Source: a virus
Taxonomy: Duplodnaviria > Caudoviricetes
Virus record (IMG/VR): IMGVR_UViG_3300022221_000007
Location: 1-62,533 of that record
Length of the DNA stretch: 62,533 nucleotides
Reading direction: 5' to 3' (one strand)
Below the pieces are notes generated by a model. That model did no database searches and was not told where the DNA came from. It saw nothing but the letters and a program-made list of their open reading frames with translations. The position numbers and the translations under genes are program-made. The stretch's first letter is position 1. Every line of letters starts with the position of its first letter. Shown here one piece after another: positions 38,235 to 49,283 of this stretch.

Positions 38235-41200
38235 ATGCCTAACTTTTGTATTCCAGAGTCACAAATAGAGCAACTTCTTCGTAAAGTTGATATGAAAACT
38301 ATCAATGAATCTCAAGATAAAGAAGCTCGCATTAATATTTTTGATATTACTGCAGACATGGTTCGTGAGGTTATCACCAGCGGAAAAACAACGGCTATCG
38401 ATGATAAGCTTATATCCAGACCAGTACGCCAGAAGCTTAATGACGCTCTGAAGATTGACCCGGTTATGGATAAAAAAGTTAAAGCCTTTATCCAAAACCT
38501 ATCTGTTCAACACGCAGTAGAAACATCTGATAACCCTAATGTGAATAAGGCTGTTGCAGATAGAACGCTTAGGCAGGGCGGTACAGCCTTAAAAGAGATC
38601 ATGGATTCCATTGCGGGTGAGATAAATAAAGCAGCTAATAACGGTCTTAAAGTTACTGAAGTCAGTAACAAAGGACACCTACCAAACCTACCTCTTCACC
38701 GAGTTGCAGCCTCAATCGGCCGTAAAATCATGTACACCCAAGGTTTACGTTTTAAGAAAGCTGGTGGTGAGCAAGATCAGAATCTTAGTGCCTGGGTTGA
38801 AACCATGTATTACGCAACAGGCATGTCAGCTATTGAGAACCTGGAGAAAAACGGGTTCCTGACAATACATGAAGCTGGTACCGGTAAAATGGTAATTAAA
38901 GATTACCTGGACTCAATCGACTCTGAGCAAAAATTTGGTCCTGAAGATAAGGTAACTGATAGCATTCCCTCATTGGAACTGAACTTAGAAGCCTTTGGTG
39001 TGGAAACAACCGCAGCTAAACCTGCTAAAGAGATGGCTTTCTTTACAGATTTTGGTGCTGATGTTAGAGGGACTGAGTTAGGTGCCTATGACCAGGTTCT
39101 TAGAGCTATTGGCCTACTGTCACAACCTGCAACCTTCACCATGCCTAACATTGGTGAAGATGGCCCTGCTACTGAAAGTGATCGACATAACAATGATGTT
39201 TATGATCCCGGTGAAGTTATCAACAAAGCTCGTAAGGAAATTGGTGAAAACCCTACGTTCCTTCAAGGTAGTATTCATTCATTCTTCCAACAGCTTCATG
39301 AGCATCTTAAAGATGAAGATATGAGTGCTGCTCAGTGGTTGTCAGGTATTGAGGATAAAACTAAGCTGCAGAACCTATTCGGCTTAGAGCCCTACAGTGA
39401 TGCCTTAGCAGGGCAAGCCAGTGCAGCAGGAAGAAAGCTTTCTAAAAGCACTCCTCTAAATGATGTTATCGAGTATTATGACAGGCTTAAAGGCGATAGC
39501 CCGGTTCCTATCTACATGAATATGTTTGCCGGCAGAAACGCTCGTCTTTACTACGATAACAGCATATTGAATCCTCACAGCTCAAAACTTATCAGACATG
39601 CTATGGCGGTAGATCCCTATACCGTTAAGGTAGATTCTGATGCTTTCAAGTTCATGGTCGGCAAGGTAGCTATTCTTTTAGGCATGGAAGAAGATACCGG
39701 TGCGGTTATGGGTAATGGCAAAGTTACCGAACAAAGTAAAAAAGTTGACCGGGCTCTTGAAGCCTACATGAAATTTAGTTCTGCAGGGTCACTTAATAAA
39801 AAATTAGTTCAGCTAACAAAAATGAGTGAAGAATTTCCAAAGTTAGATTTTTCAGAACTAGTGTCTACCCTGGGGGCAGTACAGGATATCCAGGAGGGTC
39901 TGCTATCTGGTGAAGTAACATCTACTTACATGGTAAGTACTGATGCCACAGCTTCTGGTGGTCAGCTTACTTTCATGCAGGCTATTGGAGCAGACACCAA
40001 TAACGAGGAAGACTACGTTGAGCTAATGAAACAGCTTGGACTCTTCAAAGGCGAGAAGGAGGGTTCTCTTGAAGGCGTAGAAGACGTATATGGGATACTT
40101 AAAAGACGGTTAGAATTCTTTACTGAGAATAAGCAAGATCCTGATGCTCAGTCAGTAGCTGATACCCCAAAAACTGCAGCAATACGATCTACCGTTAAAA
40201 AGATCCAAAAAGTTCTGTTTGAAAATGACATAAGAAATATGTCAAAAATTCCAACTATGACTTTTATCTACCAGCAGACTAAAGGTGGTGCCAGGTCTTC
40301 AATGTCTAAAGACTTCGCTGACATGATTATTAAACAGCTTAGAAACCCTGTGATATCAAAAGATTTCAATGAACTAATTGATTTGGTTAATGAAATACTT
40401 GGCCATGATGAGAAATATACTACGCACCAAAGTTCTTATAAAAAACTGTTAAAGAACAGAGACTTAGATCTTGAACTTCGCACGAAAATTGCTGCTTCAG
40501 GTACTCCTGACTTTTTATATGACACACTAACGTCATCACTGACTAACAAGTACCTTAAAAAGTACCAAAATCGTGCTAAACGCATATTCGAGTTAGTTGA
40601 TAGTGAAGATGCTCTTAAAAATATAAGAGTAATGCCTGCCAGCTACGTTTTGTCTAATCCTTTAAAAGAGGGTGAGAGCTATACGTTGGAACAGTATGAA
40701 AAATATGGTTTAACCATGGGCAAGCAGTTTGAAGTACTTAACAATGTTGCCGGTGTTGATGTGCTTACTCGACCTGACAAGAATAGAGATACTGTTATGG
40801 GTGTGTCTTACATTCATGGAGCAGATACCTCTAATTTGTATCGATCTACTGAGGGTCTACCCACTAAGCACAAAACTGGACTAATCGTTGTACATGATGC
40901 TGTTTACTCAAGCCCTGAGTTGGTGATGGAGTTTGAGAAGAACTATGTTGAGGAAAATCGTCAGTTAGCGCTTAACTACGATATTCATGAGCAGGTTTTA
41001 AAATCTGTTGCTGCTTATGGTGGAAATACGTTGACTAGTAAAGCAAACTATACTAATCTAGTTGCAGAAGTCGAGGCAAGCAAAGCCCGTAAACAGCAAC
41101 TTTTGAAGGATAGTGAGAATGGCTACAATACTGAAACAACTAGCGTTATTGGGGACAGAATTGATTTTGAAGGAATTGACACAAAAAGTCCGTCAAGAAA

Positions 41201-44200
41201 AACGAGCACTGGAACCCAAACCAGTACGCAAGGTAAAGGCCAAGCGAAAAGCGGTAAACGCACTGCACAAAATGGCAAGCCAAAAACCAAAGCGTTCTCA
41301 AAACAGAGTGCATTAGAAATAATGGAGTCCTTATCTGAGGACTCTACTCTTATTCAGAAATTCCTATCTGCCAACCCTTCCGGTGTTAAAAAAGGTGATA
41401 CACCTCAGTACAGCACCAAAACTGATGTAATCACCATTGCCGGAGTAGATCCAAGAACAGGTAAAAAAGCTACCAAGAAAAAGCTGGTAGAACTTGTTGA
41501 ACATGAAGTTGTTCACAGCCTGACTTCTGGGATCGTATCCGATTGGGTATCAAACAAAAAATCCAGTGTTTCTGCAAACATGAATCTCGCGTATATCGAT
41601 AAGGCTGTTAAACGCCTAAGCCGGTTACGTGACCATGGTGAATTGAAGTTACCTAAAGCAGCAGCTGAAAGGGTTAACTACGTTTTAAACTCTCTTGAGG
41701 ATGATATAAGAATATCTGAGTTTATTGCCATAATGAGTACAGAACCTGAAACAGCTAAAGCCGTTTATAAGGTTTTAGGGAATGACCGTGGCAATCTCGA
41801 TAAGATCATTGAAAAGGTGGTAGCTAAGGTAAGAGAAATTTTAGCAACTATTACTGAAAAAGACTTTGAAACTTACAAGGTAGATAGTGAGAAATTGTAC
41901 TCAGCTGTTAACCAAGTCATTCAAGATGGTCAGTCTAGTCGTGAAGGTGATATTAACGCTCACAGAGCCTTAATGTCCTTGAGCAGCAATACAGAGCTAT
42001 TCGCAGCAGACCCTAACAACATTCTTAAAGAAGCCAGAGGAGCCGTTAACTACATAAACGCCGCAGTGGTTAGAAACATTAATGATCCAGCTGTTCGTAA
42101 AGCAGGTGATCTCACCAAAGCTATGGACAGCTACTTGAAAGTTAACTCTCCTATGTACCGTAGAGCCCTTCAACGCTTAAAGGGCATATACGACGATTCA
42201 GAGGCGTTACAGAGCTTAGTCCATAAAATCACAAATGCTGATATTAACAGTGAAAAGAAAAATGAAGTCCAATCGCTGTTTGTTGCATTAAGAGCTACTA
42301 AAAATGAGGTAATCAGTAAAGAGCTTGAAAAATTCAGTGCTATTACCAGTAAAATGTCTGATGAAGAAAAAGAAGCTTTCTTTGACTTCACGCACAAAAT
42401 GGCAATGCAGGACTACTTTCTGTTTGCTGAAGAAGTTACCGACATCGATGCTGAGATAGCTGAGATTGAAGAAATGCATTTTGACAAGCAGCAAGTGGAG
42501 TCTTTAGAGTCTATTGTCAGCATGAACGTAGATGATGAAGTTACTATGCGTACTCACTACAATGTAGATTCAGTAGGGTTCTCAGGAGAACTTAAAAATC
42601 ATGCCAGAAAATTGGTAGTTCTAAAATCTATCAAAAAGCTTGGCGAAGACCGGTTTAACTCGATGAAAGAAAATACTGAGTTAATGGAGCTAATCCGGGA
42701 TAACACCCTGGCTCATGAAGCGTTAATCGCTGAAGGTAGTCTTCAGAATAGTATGGTTCGAGATCACAAACTAAAAGATACTTACGCTGAACCAATAACA
42801 GCTATTGCTATCACTATGGAAGATGCTGATAAGTTCAGTTACACGGAAAAGTCTGGTTGGACAATGGTAGTTAAACCTACAAAAGATAGGTTGGGGGTGG
42901 TTTACAGAAAAGAAATTGACGGGACTTACCAGGAAGGGATGTTTACCGACATCAGAACTGAGAGTGGCGACATTACTGTAAAGGCTAAGCACAGAGACAT
43001 GCCTGGTGTGGTAAAAGTAGGTGACCGGTATAAGCTGATTATCTCTCAGAAAGACAAGGAAAAAATGGGATTAGTTAAAGATGCTTCTCAGAGCTTGGTT
43101 AGAAGCATGGCTCACACCATGACTATTAAAGAATCTGAGGGTATCCGGAATAAGCTACTGGAAAAAGATACTTATTGGGATATGAACGAAAAGAACATGG
43201 AAGATTTAAGAACTATTATTATGGACCCTAAACGGGATCACCCATGGTTCTTAGGAGCTAAAGAGGGAGTTATTTATGATGATTTACCCGCAAAAGTAAA
43301 AGCCCGGTATATGCCAATTGCTTCTACTAAACTTTCTGATTCTGCTAACTTTGACCAAAAAATTCAGTATGTCCGTAAAGACATAAGTTACTGGTTAGTT
43401 GGAGCAAAAGAAGAGTCATTAGCTAAGGATCCAAAACTTAAGTGGGCATTGCGAATCACTAAGGACTTAATAGCAGGGGCTAAAATCGGGATGGTAGTTA
43501 CTAACCCGGCTAAGATTTTGGCGGATAATATGTCTAACGTAGCTTACCTGGGTGTTATGGGAGTTGATCCATTAACAATACAGAAAAACTACCGGGAAAT
43601 CAGTAAGCAGTATAACGATTATCAGAAAGCTAAAAACATTCTGAATAACCTTCGAGTTAAGGCTTATGCTAATCCTAAAAAATATGGCAATCAGATAAAG
43701 CAGATGGAACGTAAATTAAAAGAAATGCCGGCGAATGGATTTGTCGAAAGAGGTTTTGTAAGTTCCATGGGTTCTGAACTGGTTATGCAGACGAATGATC
43801 CATCTTCAGGATTCAAGAGTGATATTGATACAGTTCTGAAAACAGTACTCCAGGACAAGTCAGGCAAGCATAACAAGGTAGCTAAATTCCTAATGGACTT
43901 TTCTAAGTATGGGAATGTTGGAATGGAAGACTTTTTAGAAACCTGGGCTAAACCTTTTGGAAAACTGGATTCGACACAAGTTATAGAGAGCGAACTGGAA
44001 AGAATGGCTGAAAGACTGAGACACATTAAGTCTGAAGACGATGTAGTTTCCTATATGCACCAGTACTTAAACAGTCCTGATAGTGAATTCGTTAAGCTTG
44101 GAAGTCACATGACGGATCTAACGGATATTTTAGCAAAAGAAACTTACTACAGATATTTAGTAGAAGAAGGAATGGATGCTAAGAAAGCGGAACTGGAAGT

Positions 44201-44501
44201 TATTGATTCATTTCCGGATTATAAGGAAGGATTGCCAACAAGAGTTAAGCAACTAAGTGATGTGGGTATTTTGATGTTTCCTACTTACTGGCTTAGAGTC
44301 CAGAAAGCAATCTACCGAATGGCTAAAAATAAGCCAGTTAGTTTTGGTACGGAAATGGTAATTGAAGAGATGGCTGAAATTGAAGCACCTACAATATGGG
44401 ATGCTAATATTTGGAATAAAGCTACCACGTTCCATGGCCTATTCCACACCCCTTGGCAAAATATTGGGGTTAACAGTTTAATACCTAAGTACATCTACTA
44501 A
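38235..44501 (+). CDS. virion-encapsidated RNA polymerase (N4 vRNAP-like), 2088 aa
   Basis: GRNARLYY..NP, motif A TDATASGGQL, motif B RNMSKIPTMTFIY, HGAD, motif C VVHDA. Confidence 0.85.
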   Translation: MPNFCIPESQIEQLLRKVDMKTINESQDKEARINIFDITADMVREVITSGKTTAIDDKLISRPVRQKLNDALKIDPVMDKKVKAFIQNLSVQHAVETSDNPNVNKAVADRTLRQGGTALKEIMDSIAGEINKAANNGLKVTEVSNKGHLPNLPLHRVAASIGRKIMYTQGLRFKKAGGEQDQNLSAWVETMYYATGMSAIENLEKNGFLTIHEAGTGKMVIKDYLDSIDSEQKFGPEDKVTDSIPSLELNLEAFGVETTAAKPAKEMAFFTDFGADVRGTELGAYDQVLRAIGLLSQPATFTMPNIGEDGPATESDRHNNDVYDPGEVINKARKEIGENPTFLQGSIHSFFQQLHEHLKDEDMSAAQWLSGIEDKTKLQNLFGLEPYSDALAGQASAAGRKLSKSTPLNDVIEYYDRLKGDSPVPIYMNMFAGRNARLYYDNSILNPHSSKLIRHAMAVDPYTVKVDSDAFKFMVGKVAILLGMEEDTGAVMGNGKVTEQSKKVDRALEAYMKFSSAGSLNKKLVQLTKMSEEFPKLDFSELVSTLGAVQDIQEGLLSGEVTSTYMVSTDATASGGQLTFMQAIGADTNNEEDYVELMKQLGLFKGEKEGSLEGVEDVYGILKRRLEFFTENKQDPDAQSVADTPKTAAIRSTVKKIQKVLFENDIRNMSKIPTMTFIYQQTKGGARSSMSKDFADMIIKQLRNPVISKDFNELIDLVNEILGHDEKYTTHQSSYKKLLKNRDLDLELRTKIAASGTPDFLYDTLTSSLTNKYLKKYQNRAKRIFELVDSEDALKNIRVMPASYVLSNPLKEGESYTLEQYEKYGLTMGKQFEVLNNVAGVDVLTRPDKNRDTVMGVSYIHGADTSNLYRSTEGLPTKHKTGLIVVHDAVYSSPELVMEFEKNYVEENRQLALNYDIHEQVLKSVAAYGGNTLTSKANYTNLVAEVEASKARKQQLLKDSENGYNTETTSVIGDRIDFEGIDTKSPSRKTSTGTQTSTQGKGQAKSGKRTAQNGKPKTKAFSKQSALEIMESLSEDSTLIQKFLSANPSGVKKGDTPQYSTKTDVITIAGVDPRTGKKATKKKLVELVEHEVVHSLTSGIVSDWVSNKKSSVSANMNLAYIDKAVKRLSRLRDHGELKLPKAAAERVNYVLNSLEDDIRISEFIAIMSTEPETAKAVYKVLGNDRGNLDKIIEKVVAKVREILATITEKDFETYKVDSEKLYSAVNQVIQDGQSSREGDINAHRALMSLSSNTELFAADPNNILKEARGAVNYINAAVVRNINDPAVRKAGDLTKAMDSYLKVNSPMYRRALQRLKGIYDDSEALQSLVHKITNADINSEKKNEVQSLFVALRATKNEVISKELEKFSAITSKMSDEEKEAFFDFTHKMAMQDYFLFAEEVTDIDAEIAEIEEMHFDKQQVESLESIVSMNVDDEVTMRTHYNVDSVGFSGELKNHARKLVVLKSIKKLGEDRFNSMKENTELMELIRDNTLAHEALIAEGSLQNSMVRDHKLKDTYAEPITAIAITMEDADKFSYTEKSGWTMVVKPTKDRLGVVYRKEIDGTYQEGMFTDIRTESGDITVKAKHRDMPGVVKVGDRYKLIISQKDKEKMGLVKDASQSLVRSMAHTMTIKESEGIRNKLLEKDTYWDMNEKNMEDLRTIIMDPKRDHPWFLGAKEGVIYDDLPAKVKARYMPIASTKLSDSANFDQKIQYVRKDISYWLVGAKEESLAKDPKLKWALRITKDLIAGAKIGMVVTNPAKILADNMSNVAYLGVMGVDPLTIQKNYREISKQYNDYQKAKNILNNLRVKAYANPKKYGNQIKQMERKLKEMPANGFVERGFVSSMGSELVMQTNDPSSGFKSDIDTVLKTVLQDKSGKHNKVAKFLMDFSKYGNVGMEDFLETWAKPFGKLDSTQVIESELERMAERLRHIKSEDDVVSYMHQYLNSPDSEFVKLGSHMTDLTDILAKETYYRYLVEEGMDAKKAELEVIDSFPDYKEGLPTRVKQLSDVGILMFPTYWLRVQKAIYRMAKNKPVSFGTEMVIEEMAEIEAPTIWDANIWNKATTFHGLFHTPWQNIGVNSLIPKYIY

Positions 44502-44504
44502 AAT

Positions 44505-44529
44505 AAGGGGCTTTCGCCCCTTCACTTTT
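44505..44529. terminator. terminator between convergent arms
   Basis: aaggggc-tttc-gcccctt flanked by A/T tracts. Confidence 0.7.
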
Positions 44530-45205
44530 ACTCTTGACCGAAACGCCTGGCACCGAACTTAGGTGCTGCAGCAGTTGTCGCACTAGAAGTATCACCGGTC
44601 TTACCCGATTCTTTACGCCCACTAGCAATCCAAGCAGCAACCTGCTCAGGAGTAACACCGTCTTGGTAAGTCACGTTATTCACGTACTTCATTTCAGCTT
44701 CATAACCTTTACCGGCTTCAGTACCGTTAACGATTTCTTCAGCCGTAGCATTGTCAGAAGCACGGAAGAAAGCTTTGATAACTTTCTTTTCAGTGATGGC
44801 ACCATTGTAGAAACCATATTCCATCTGGATACGCATTAAGATTTCAATATCCGCTAAATCTTCCAGAGCAGTAACAGTCTTCATAGCGCTGTTCTTACCG
44901 ATAGGTAGCTCAACTTCAACAGGATCTGCAACTTCGTCCAAACCGGCAATAATCATCATCTGGTTAAACACCTTGGCGCCGATAGTGTTTGGAGAACCAT
45001 CGTTGTTTGTAACACGAAGGTTACCGTAGATAATTTGCTTTTGGCCTTGATGGTCAATAAACAGATCAACAGTAGTTGAACCGCCTTTTGAAATACTAAC
45101 TACGGGGGCTAGAACTTTGACCGGGTAAACACCAGATCCCGTAATGTGGTTACTACCACCTTGTTTAACATCTTCTTTCTTTTTGCTTGCTGTAAAAAAT
45201 GACAT
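44528..45205 (-). CDS. putative ssDNA-binding protein
   Basis: Follows Sak4-like ATPase; beta-rich with flexible tail. Confidence 0.55.
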   Translation of the reverse strand: MSFFTASKKKEDVKQGGSNHITGSGVYPVKVLAPVVSISKGGSTTVDLFIDHQGQKQIIYGNLRVTNNDGSPNTIGAKVFNQMMIIAGLDEVADPVEVELPIGKNSAMKTVTALEDLADIEILMRIQMEYGFYNGAITEKKVIKAFFRASDNATAEEIVNGTEAGKGYEAEMKYVNNVTYQDGVTPEQVAAWIASGRKESGKTGDTSSATTAAAPKFGARRFGQE

Positions 45206-45242
45206 GTTTGTACCTCTCAGAGATTAAAGGGTGTCACCCCTA

Positions 45243-45431
45243 TTATTTTGCAGCAGAATTGCTACTTGATTTTGATAACATACCACTCAGTCTTAAGACT
45301 TCGCGTTCAAGACCCTCAACATAGCGAATAGTCCGACGTAAGTCAGAACGCAAATCACCATAGTGAGGATCTTGTCTAAGATCCACCAGACGGTATTTTA
45401 TATCTGGTTTGAATTGGATCACAGACTCCAC
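45243..45431 (-). CDS. hypothetical protein
   Basis: 62-aa ORF. Confidence 0.5.
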   Translation of the reverse strand: MESVIQFKPDIKYRLVDLRQDPHYGDLRSDLRRTIRYVEGLEREVLRLSGMLSKSSSNSAAK

Positions 45432-46081
45432 TCACTCGCTTTACTTTGTTTAGTTTTAAGCATGTTAATGTGGTCCTGAAGATTGAAAGTTTCACATGGC
45501 ATGTTTTCCGGAAGCTCAGCTACCGTTGTACGAGAAGCCATTTTTGCATTTCGGAAATGAACAACACGCTGTTTGCCCTTAAGTTCCAAAAATATAGCTT
45601 CGTCCACTTCAGAAAGGATTCCTCCCTTCTTACCATAACTACCGCCGGCATTAACCAATGAGTAACCAGTAGTCTCTTCACTATAAAGCGCATGAGATAC
45701 CATCACCACATTGAAAGTCGGGGTTAAGTCACGTTCAATGAAATCAACAATTTTCTTGATTTCAGTATTAACTTTACCATAAGGAAAAGATTTAACTTGC
45801 TCCAAACAGTAACCTTCTACGTCCAACAAAATTTTGGAAATAGAATCGATTGCGATTGTTTCCGGAAGCTCACCCATCTTATTGTCATAGGCATGGATTT
45901 TGTCCGATACAATTTCAATAAATTGGTCTGCTGAAGTAAAATCTGGAACATTTACGTGTGCTTGAGGAAACGGGTATTTCTTACCGTCTCGTGCAACCAC
46001 AAGTGCTTTTTCCAAAGACTGCAACAGCGTAGTTTTACCTATGTTTGGTAAACTACTGATTAAGATTTTTACTTTACTCAT
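45419..46081 (-). CDS. AAA_24/Sak4-like ATPase
   Basis: PNIGKTT Walker A, IAIDSIS Walker B, VSH. Confidence 0.8.
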   Translation of the reverse strand: MSKVKILISSLPNIGKTTLLQSLEKALVVARDGKKYPFPQAHVNVPDFTSADQFIEIVSDKIHAYDNKMGELPETIAIDSISKILLDVEGYCLEQVKSFPYGKVNTEIKKIVDFIERDLTPTFNVVMVSHALYSEETTGYSLVNAGGSYGKKGGILSEVDEAIFLELKGKQRVVHFRNAKMASRTTVAELPENMPCETFNLQDHINMLKTKQSKASEWSL

Positions 46082-46090
46082 TGAAACTCC

Positions 46091-46327
46091 TTACTTCTTA
46101 TTTGTGTTTGAAATGGCTTTAGCTATAGAAAGGAACAGGCTGATTATTATACCTGCAATAATCCCAGTGAGCATTCCAATAAAGGTACCAAAAAACAGGA
46201 AAGTCAGAATACCTGAAACTATGACGTCAGTCTGCCAACTAAACCTTAAAAACTTCCCGATTCCCATCTTGAACAGCAAGATGATGAATGCAAAAGCTGT
46301 TAAAAATGACGTCAAAAGAATGTCCAT
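46091..46327 (-). CDS. small membrane protein
   Basis: Hydrophobic 78-aa ORF. Confidence 0.65.
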   Translation of the reverse strand: MDILLTSFLTAFAFIILLFKMGIGKFLRFSWQTDVIVSGILTFLFFGTFIGMLTGIIAGIIISLFLSIAKAISNTNKK

Positions 46328-46500
46328 TAGCTATTCTCCGTAAATGGTTTCAAGGCTCTGTCAGTGCAGTCTTGGCAACGAAAAATTTTGTGACGTTTAC
46401 ACTGAGCAACGGCCTTACCTAGCTTAATGTAAAAATGCTTATTAAGCGCTTTCTGCTCGGCAGTGTCTTTGCTCAGGTCAGTGTACGATACCCAGGACAT
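46327..46500 (-). CDS. small hypothetical protein (57 aa)
   Basis: Translated by hand; GGAG RBS; TAATG overlap. Confidence 0.55.
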   Translation of the reverse strand: MSWVSYTDLSKDTAEQKALNKHFYIKLGKAVAQCKRHKIFRCQDCTDRALKPFTENS

Positions 46501-46503
46501 AAA

Positions 46504-46677
46504 CTACTCCTCATGCAACAGATCAACATCTTCAGTTTCACCTGTATCAAAGTTTGCAACAGTAAAATACACAGCTTCACTACCTTTTTCTTGCTGAGTT
46601 TTTAACGCTTCTTCAGCAGCTTCTCTGGGAGTATCAGCCTCAATGTCAATCTCCCAAGCTACTCGGAATTTAGTCAT
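46504..46677 (-). CDS. small hypothetical protein (57 aa, WEIDIEADTPREAA)
   Basis: Translated by hand; common phage motif. Confidence 0.65.
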   Translation of the reverse strand: MTKFRVAWEIDIEADTPREAAEEALKTQQEKGSEAVYFTVANFDTGETEDVDLLHEE

Positions 46678-46680
46678 AAA

Positions 46681-47475
46681 CTACTCCGGACGCAAACGAG
46701 GATCATGGAAAATTATGTGAGCCAGATCAGGTCGTTCATTGTAGAACTCAACAGTATCGACAGCCAACTCGAGCAACCCGGAGATAAATTCAAAGTCTTC
46801 TTCAGTAATTGACTCGGTTAATACAGTCACTTCAGGCGGATAAGACTTCAAAGGCTTACCTGTCTTCTCACTAATTTCACCTTCGATATGACGGTTAACG
46901 TACACCAGGCGAATACGAGTGACTTCGTAACCCAATTTTCTGAGAATGTAAGCGTAGACCAGCAACTGATACTTATAGTAATAAGGAATCGTTTTAGGCT
47001 TAGTCTTAGAATGGTAAGTTTTGTAATCGACAACCATACATTCTTCTTTTACACCCTGGAGTGCATCCAAAGTGCCAGCAGCGTAGTAACCGTCTTTAAC
47101 TTCGGCACAGTGCTGAGTTTCAACTTCCAGGTAGTTATGTTCAAGAACATAGTCATTAACTAATGTCTCTGCCATAGCCTGATAGTTACCACGAACAACT
47201 GCACGATCATAGTCATCATGCTCGTCTAAAGAATCGATGTAGTCTTCGATGTCTCTATTACTTACCTGCTCACCTTTGGCAACTTTCTCCGCACAGTAAT
47301 GCACGATTGTTCCAATTACAGTGGAAGTACTATGAGAAAATTCTTTCTCTCCAAGCACTTCTGAACGAAACCAAGCATGAGGCTTATCCACAAATTTAGA
47401 AAAAGCACTTGGGCTGAATTTCATCTTACCGCCTTCAGGTATAGGGGTAGATACATAAGCTAGTGGGTTAGTCAT
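46681..47475 (-). CDS. PD-(D/E)XK (Cas4/RecB-like) exonuclease
   Basis: GTIVH, GTLD, VVDYKT, QLLVY. Confidence 0.85.
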   Translation of the reverse strand: MTNPLAYVSTPIPEGGKMKFSPSAFSKFVDKPHAWFRSEVLGEKEFSHSTSTVIGTIVHYCAEKVAKGEQVSNRDIEDYIDSLDEHDDYDRAVVRGNYQAMAETLVNDYVLEHNYLEVETQHCAEVKDGYYAAGTLDALQGVKEECMVVDYKTYHSKTKPKTIPYYYKYQLLVYAYILRKLGYEVTRIRLVYVNRHIEGEISEKTGKPLKSYPPEVTVLTESITEEDFEFISGLLELAVDTVEFYNERPDLAHIIFHDPRLRPE

Positions 47476-49283
47476 ACTGACTCCTCTGATTTTTGTTTCG
47501 GGTTAAAAATGTCATTTAAAACCTCCTGTATATCTTCGACTGAAGCATTGTTTCTAATCTTGTGTAGATCAGCCCAATTTAGGCCAATCTCACCTTCTGC
47601 TTCATTATGAATAATTTCGTCCTCTAAGTACTGGACACACATAATTTCAATAAGGTTATCGTTTACCCATTTAATGACTTCAGCGTCTGCACGAACATAC
47701 GTGTAAATACTGTCATAAATGGTTGAGTTGATAGCAACATCATTTTCCATTCCTGCTTCACGGATTCTGTGGTTCATCTCGTTAACAGCAATAAGAGTCA
47801 GTATGCTCCAGAACTGAACAGTTCCGTTATTAAGCGTTCTAATGTCTTTATCTGCATCGTCTGTGTATAAACGACAGCCCAGACCCAGGTGGATGTAACC
47901 TTGATCACGAGCAGTAGGTAAAACATAGTTTTCACGGTAGTGAGTGATACCCGGATAAAGAACATTGTGGTAGTTATCAAAAATTTCTTGAGTAATCACA
48001 CCACCTTTATGAGCATCAGGGAATCCACCGTAAGCCAACTTAAATGTTGGAGCTTTAGAGTTTTGGCGGAACACCAAAATTTCTTTATTCTTTTCATCCA
48101 CTTTAACCATGAAAGCTCTAACGAAAGCTACCTGATCTTCGTCGTAAACCATATTAAGTATCTTAGATATGGCATTAGTGAAGTAACCACAAGCGTTCAA
48201 TGAGTGACCATCCAGGCCCTTCAGGAAGATATTGCACTTGTTAGTATCACCAGACAGATTTGCAATCACTCGATCTTCGAGAGCACTTAAATCTGCGGTA
48301 TAAACAACGAACCCTTCAGGAGCCTTGAAACAGCGTTTAAGTGGTTTTGCATAGATAGAGCCAGTACTAGGTGCATTCAACAAGTTTGGGCTGTTGGATG
48401 TCAGACGGAAGCTCTTAGCCCCAAATAACTTAACATTCCCATGAAGAACTCCATCAACCGTAAAGGTGTCAAAAGCTTTTAAAAAGTTAGATCGAATTAT
48501 TCCTCCAAAGGAATGGTCAATCATAGCTTGCAAAGCTTCCAGAAGATCAGGATCTTCCTTTTCCTTGTAAAGCTGTTCGATAACCTTTCTTGGCCAAGAG
48601 GCTTCACCAGTTTTGGCAGAAAATTCAACAGGCTCAATTTTGAGCATCTCAAAAAAGCCTTTCATCTGTTTGTTACTTCCCGGATTAAACCCGTCAAGCA
48701 CTACAGGCTGTTCAGCTTTTTCATAACGAGGTCTGTTCCAAAGTTCAAGTTTATACTTTGCCAGGTTTTTCATACCCTGGATGACATTACTGTTTTCACT
48801 TAATGAGCGTTTTTCAATAACAGCAGTGATAAAAGCAGATTTCAGAAATATGTTGTACTTTTTAAGATCAGCTACTGACCATTTTTCCTCACAGTCCTTA
48901 GTTCGGCCAATACTTTTTAGGTAAGTATTAACCACCCAAGTTCTATGAATCATATCGTTTGGTTTATAGGACTTAAGGTAATAGTCCAAGTCTCTAATAG
49001 ATTTGGTACATTCTTCTGCATGAGCTTTTTGTGCTGCAGGCCTACGGTAATCCTGGAACTGAGCAATTAGAGTATTGGCAGCTAAAGTTTTCTCTACCTG
49101 ATCAAGTACTTCATCGATTGTATGACGCAAATCCTCCACAGCATCTTGATCGATGTGTAATCCAACACTCATCATGTCAATCATGTCAGGAATGAAATGC
49201 TGTACAAAATTTTCATAGAAATATTCTGGACCAGGATCGTAATCTGCAGGAAAAGGAACCGGTAAATGTTGAATAGGTCGCAT
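47472..49283 (-). CDS. family A DNA polymerase, polymerase domain only
   Basis: RLTSNSPNLLN, motif A ADLSALEDR, motif B RQNSKAPTFKLAYG, motif C IYDS. Confidence 0.9.
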   Translation of the reverse strand: MRPIQHLPVPFPADYDPGPEYFYENFVQHFIPDMIDMMSVGLHIDQDAVEDLRHTIDEVLDQVEKTLAANTLIAQFQDYRRPAAQKAHAEECTKSIRDLDYYLKSYKPNDMIHRTWVVNTYLKSIGRTKDCEEKWSVADLKKYNIFLKSAFITAVIEKRSLSENSNVIQGMKNLAKYKLELWNRPRYEKAEQPVVLDGFNPGSNKQMKGFFEMLKIEPVEFSAKTGEASWPRKVIEQLYKEKEDPDLLEALQAMIDHSFGGIIRSNFLKAFDTFTVDGVLHGNVKLFGAKSFRLTSNSPNLLNAPSTGSIYAKPLKRCFKAPEGFVVYTADLSALEDRVIANLSGDTNKCNIFLKGLDGHSLNACGYFTNAISKILNMVYDEDQVAFVRAFMVKVDEKNKEILVFRQNSKAPTFKLAYGGFPDAHKGGVITQEIFDNYHNVLYPGITHYRENYVLPTARDQGYIHLGLGCRLYTDDADKDIRTLNNGTVQFWSILTLIAVNEMNHRIREAGMENDVAINSTIYDSIYTYVRADAEVIKWVNDNLIEIMCVQYLEDEIIHNEAEGEIGLNWADLHKIRNNASVEDIQEVLNDIFNPKQKSEESV

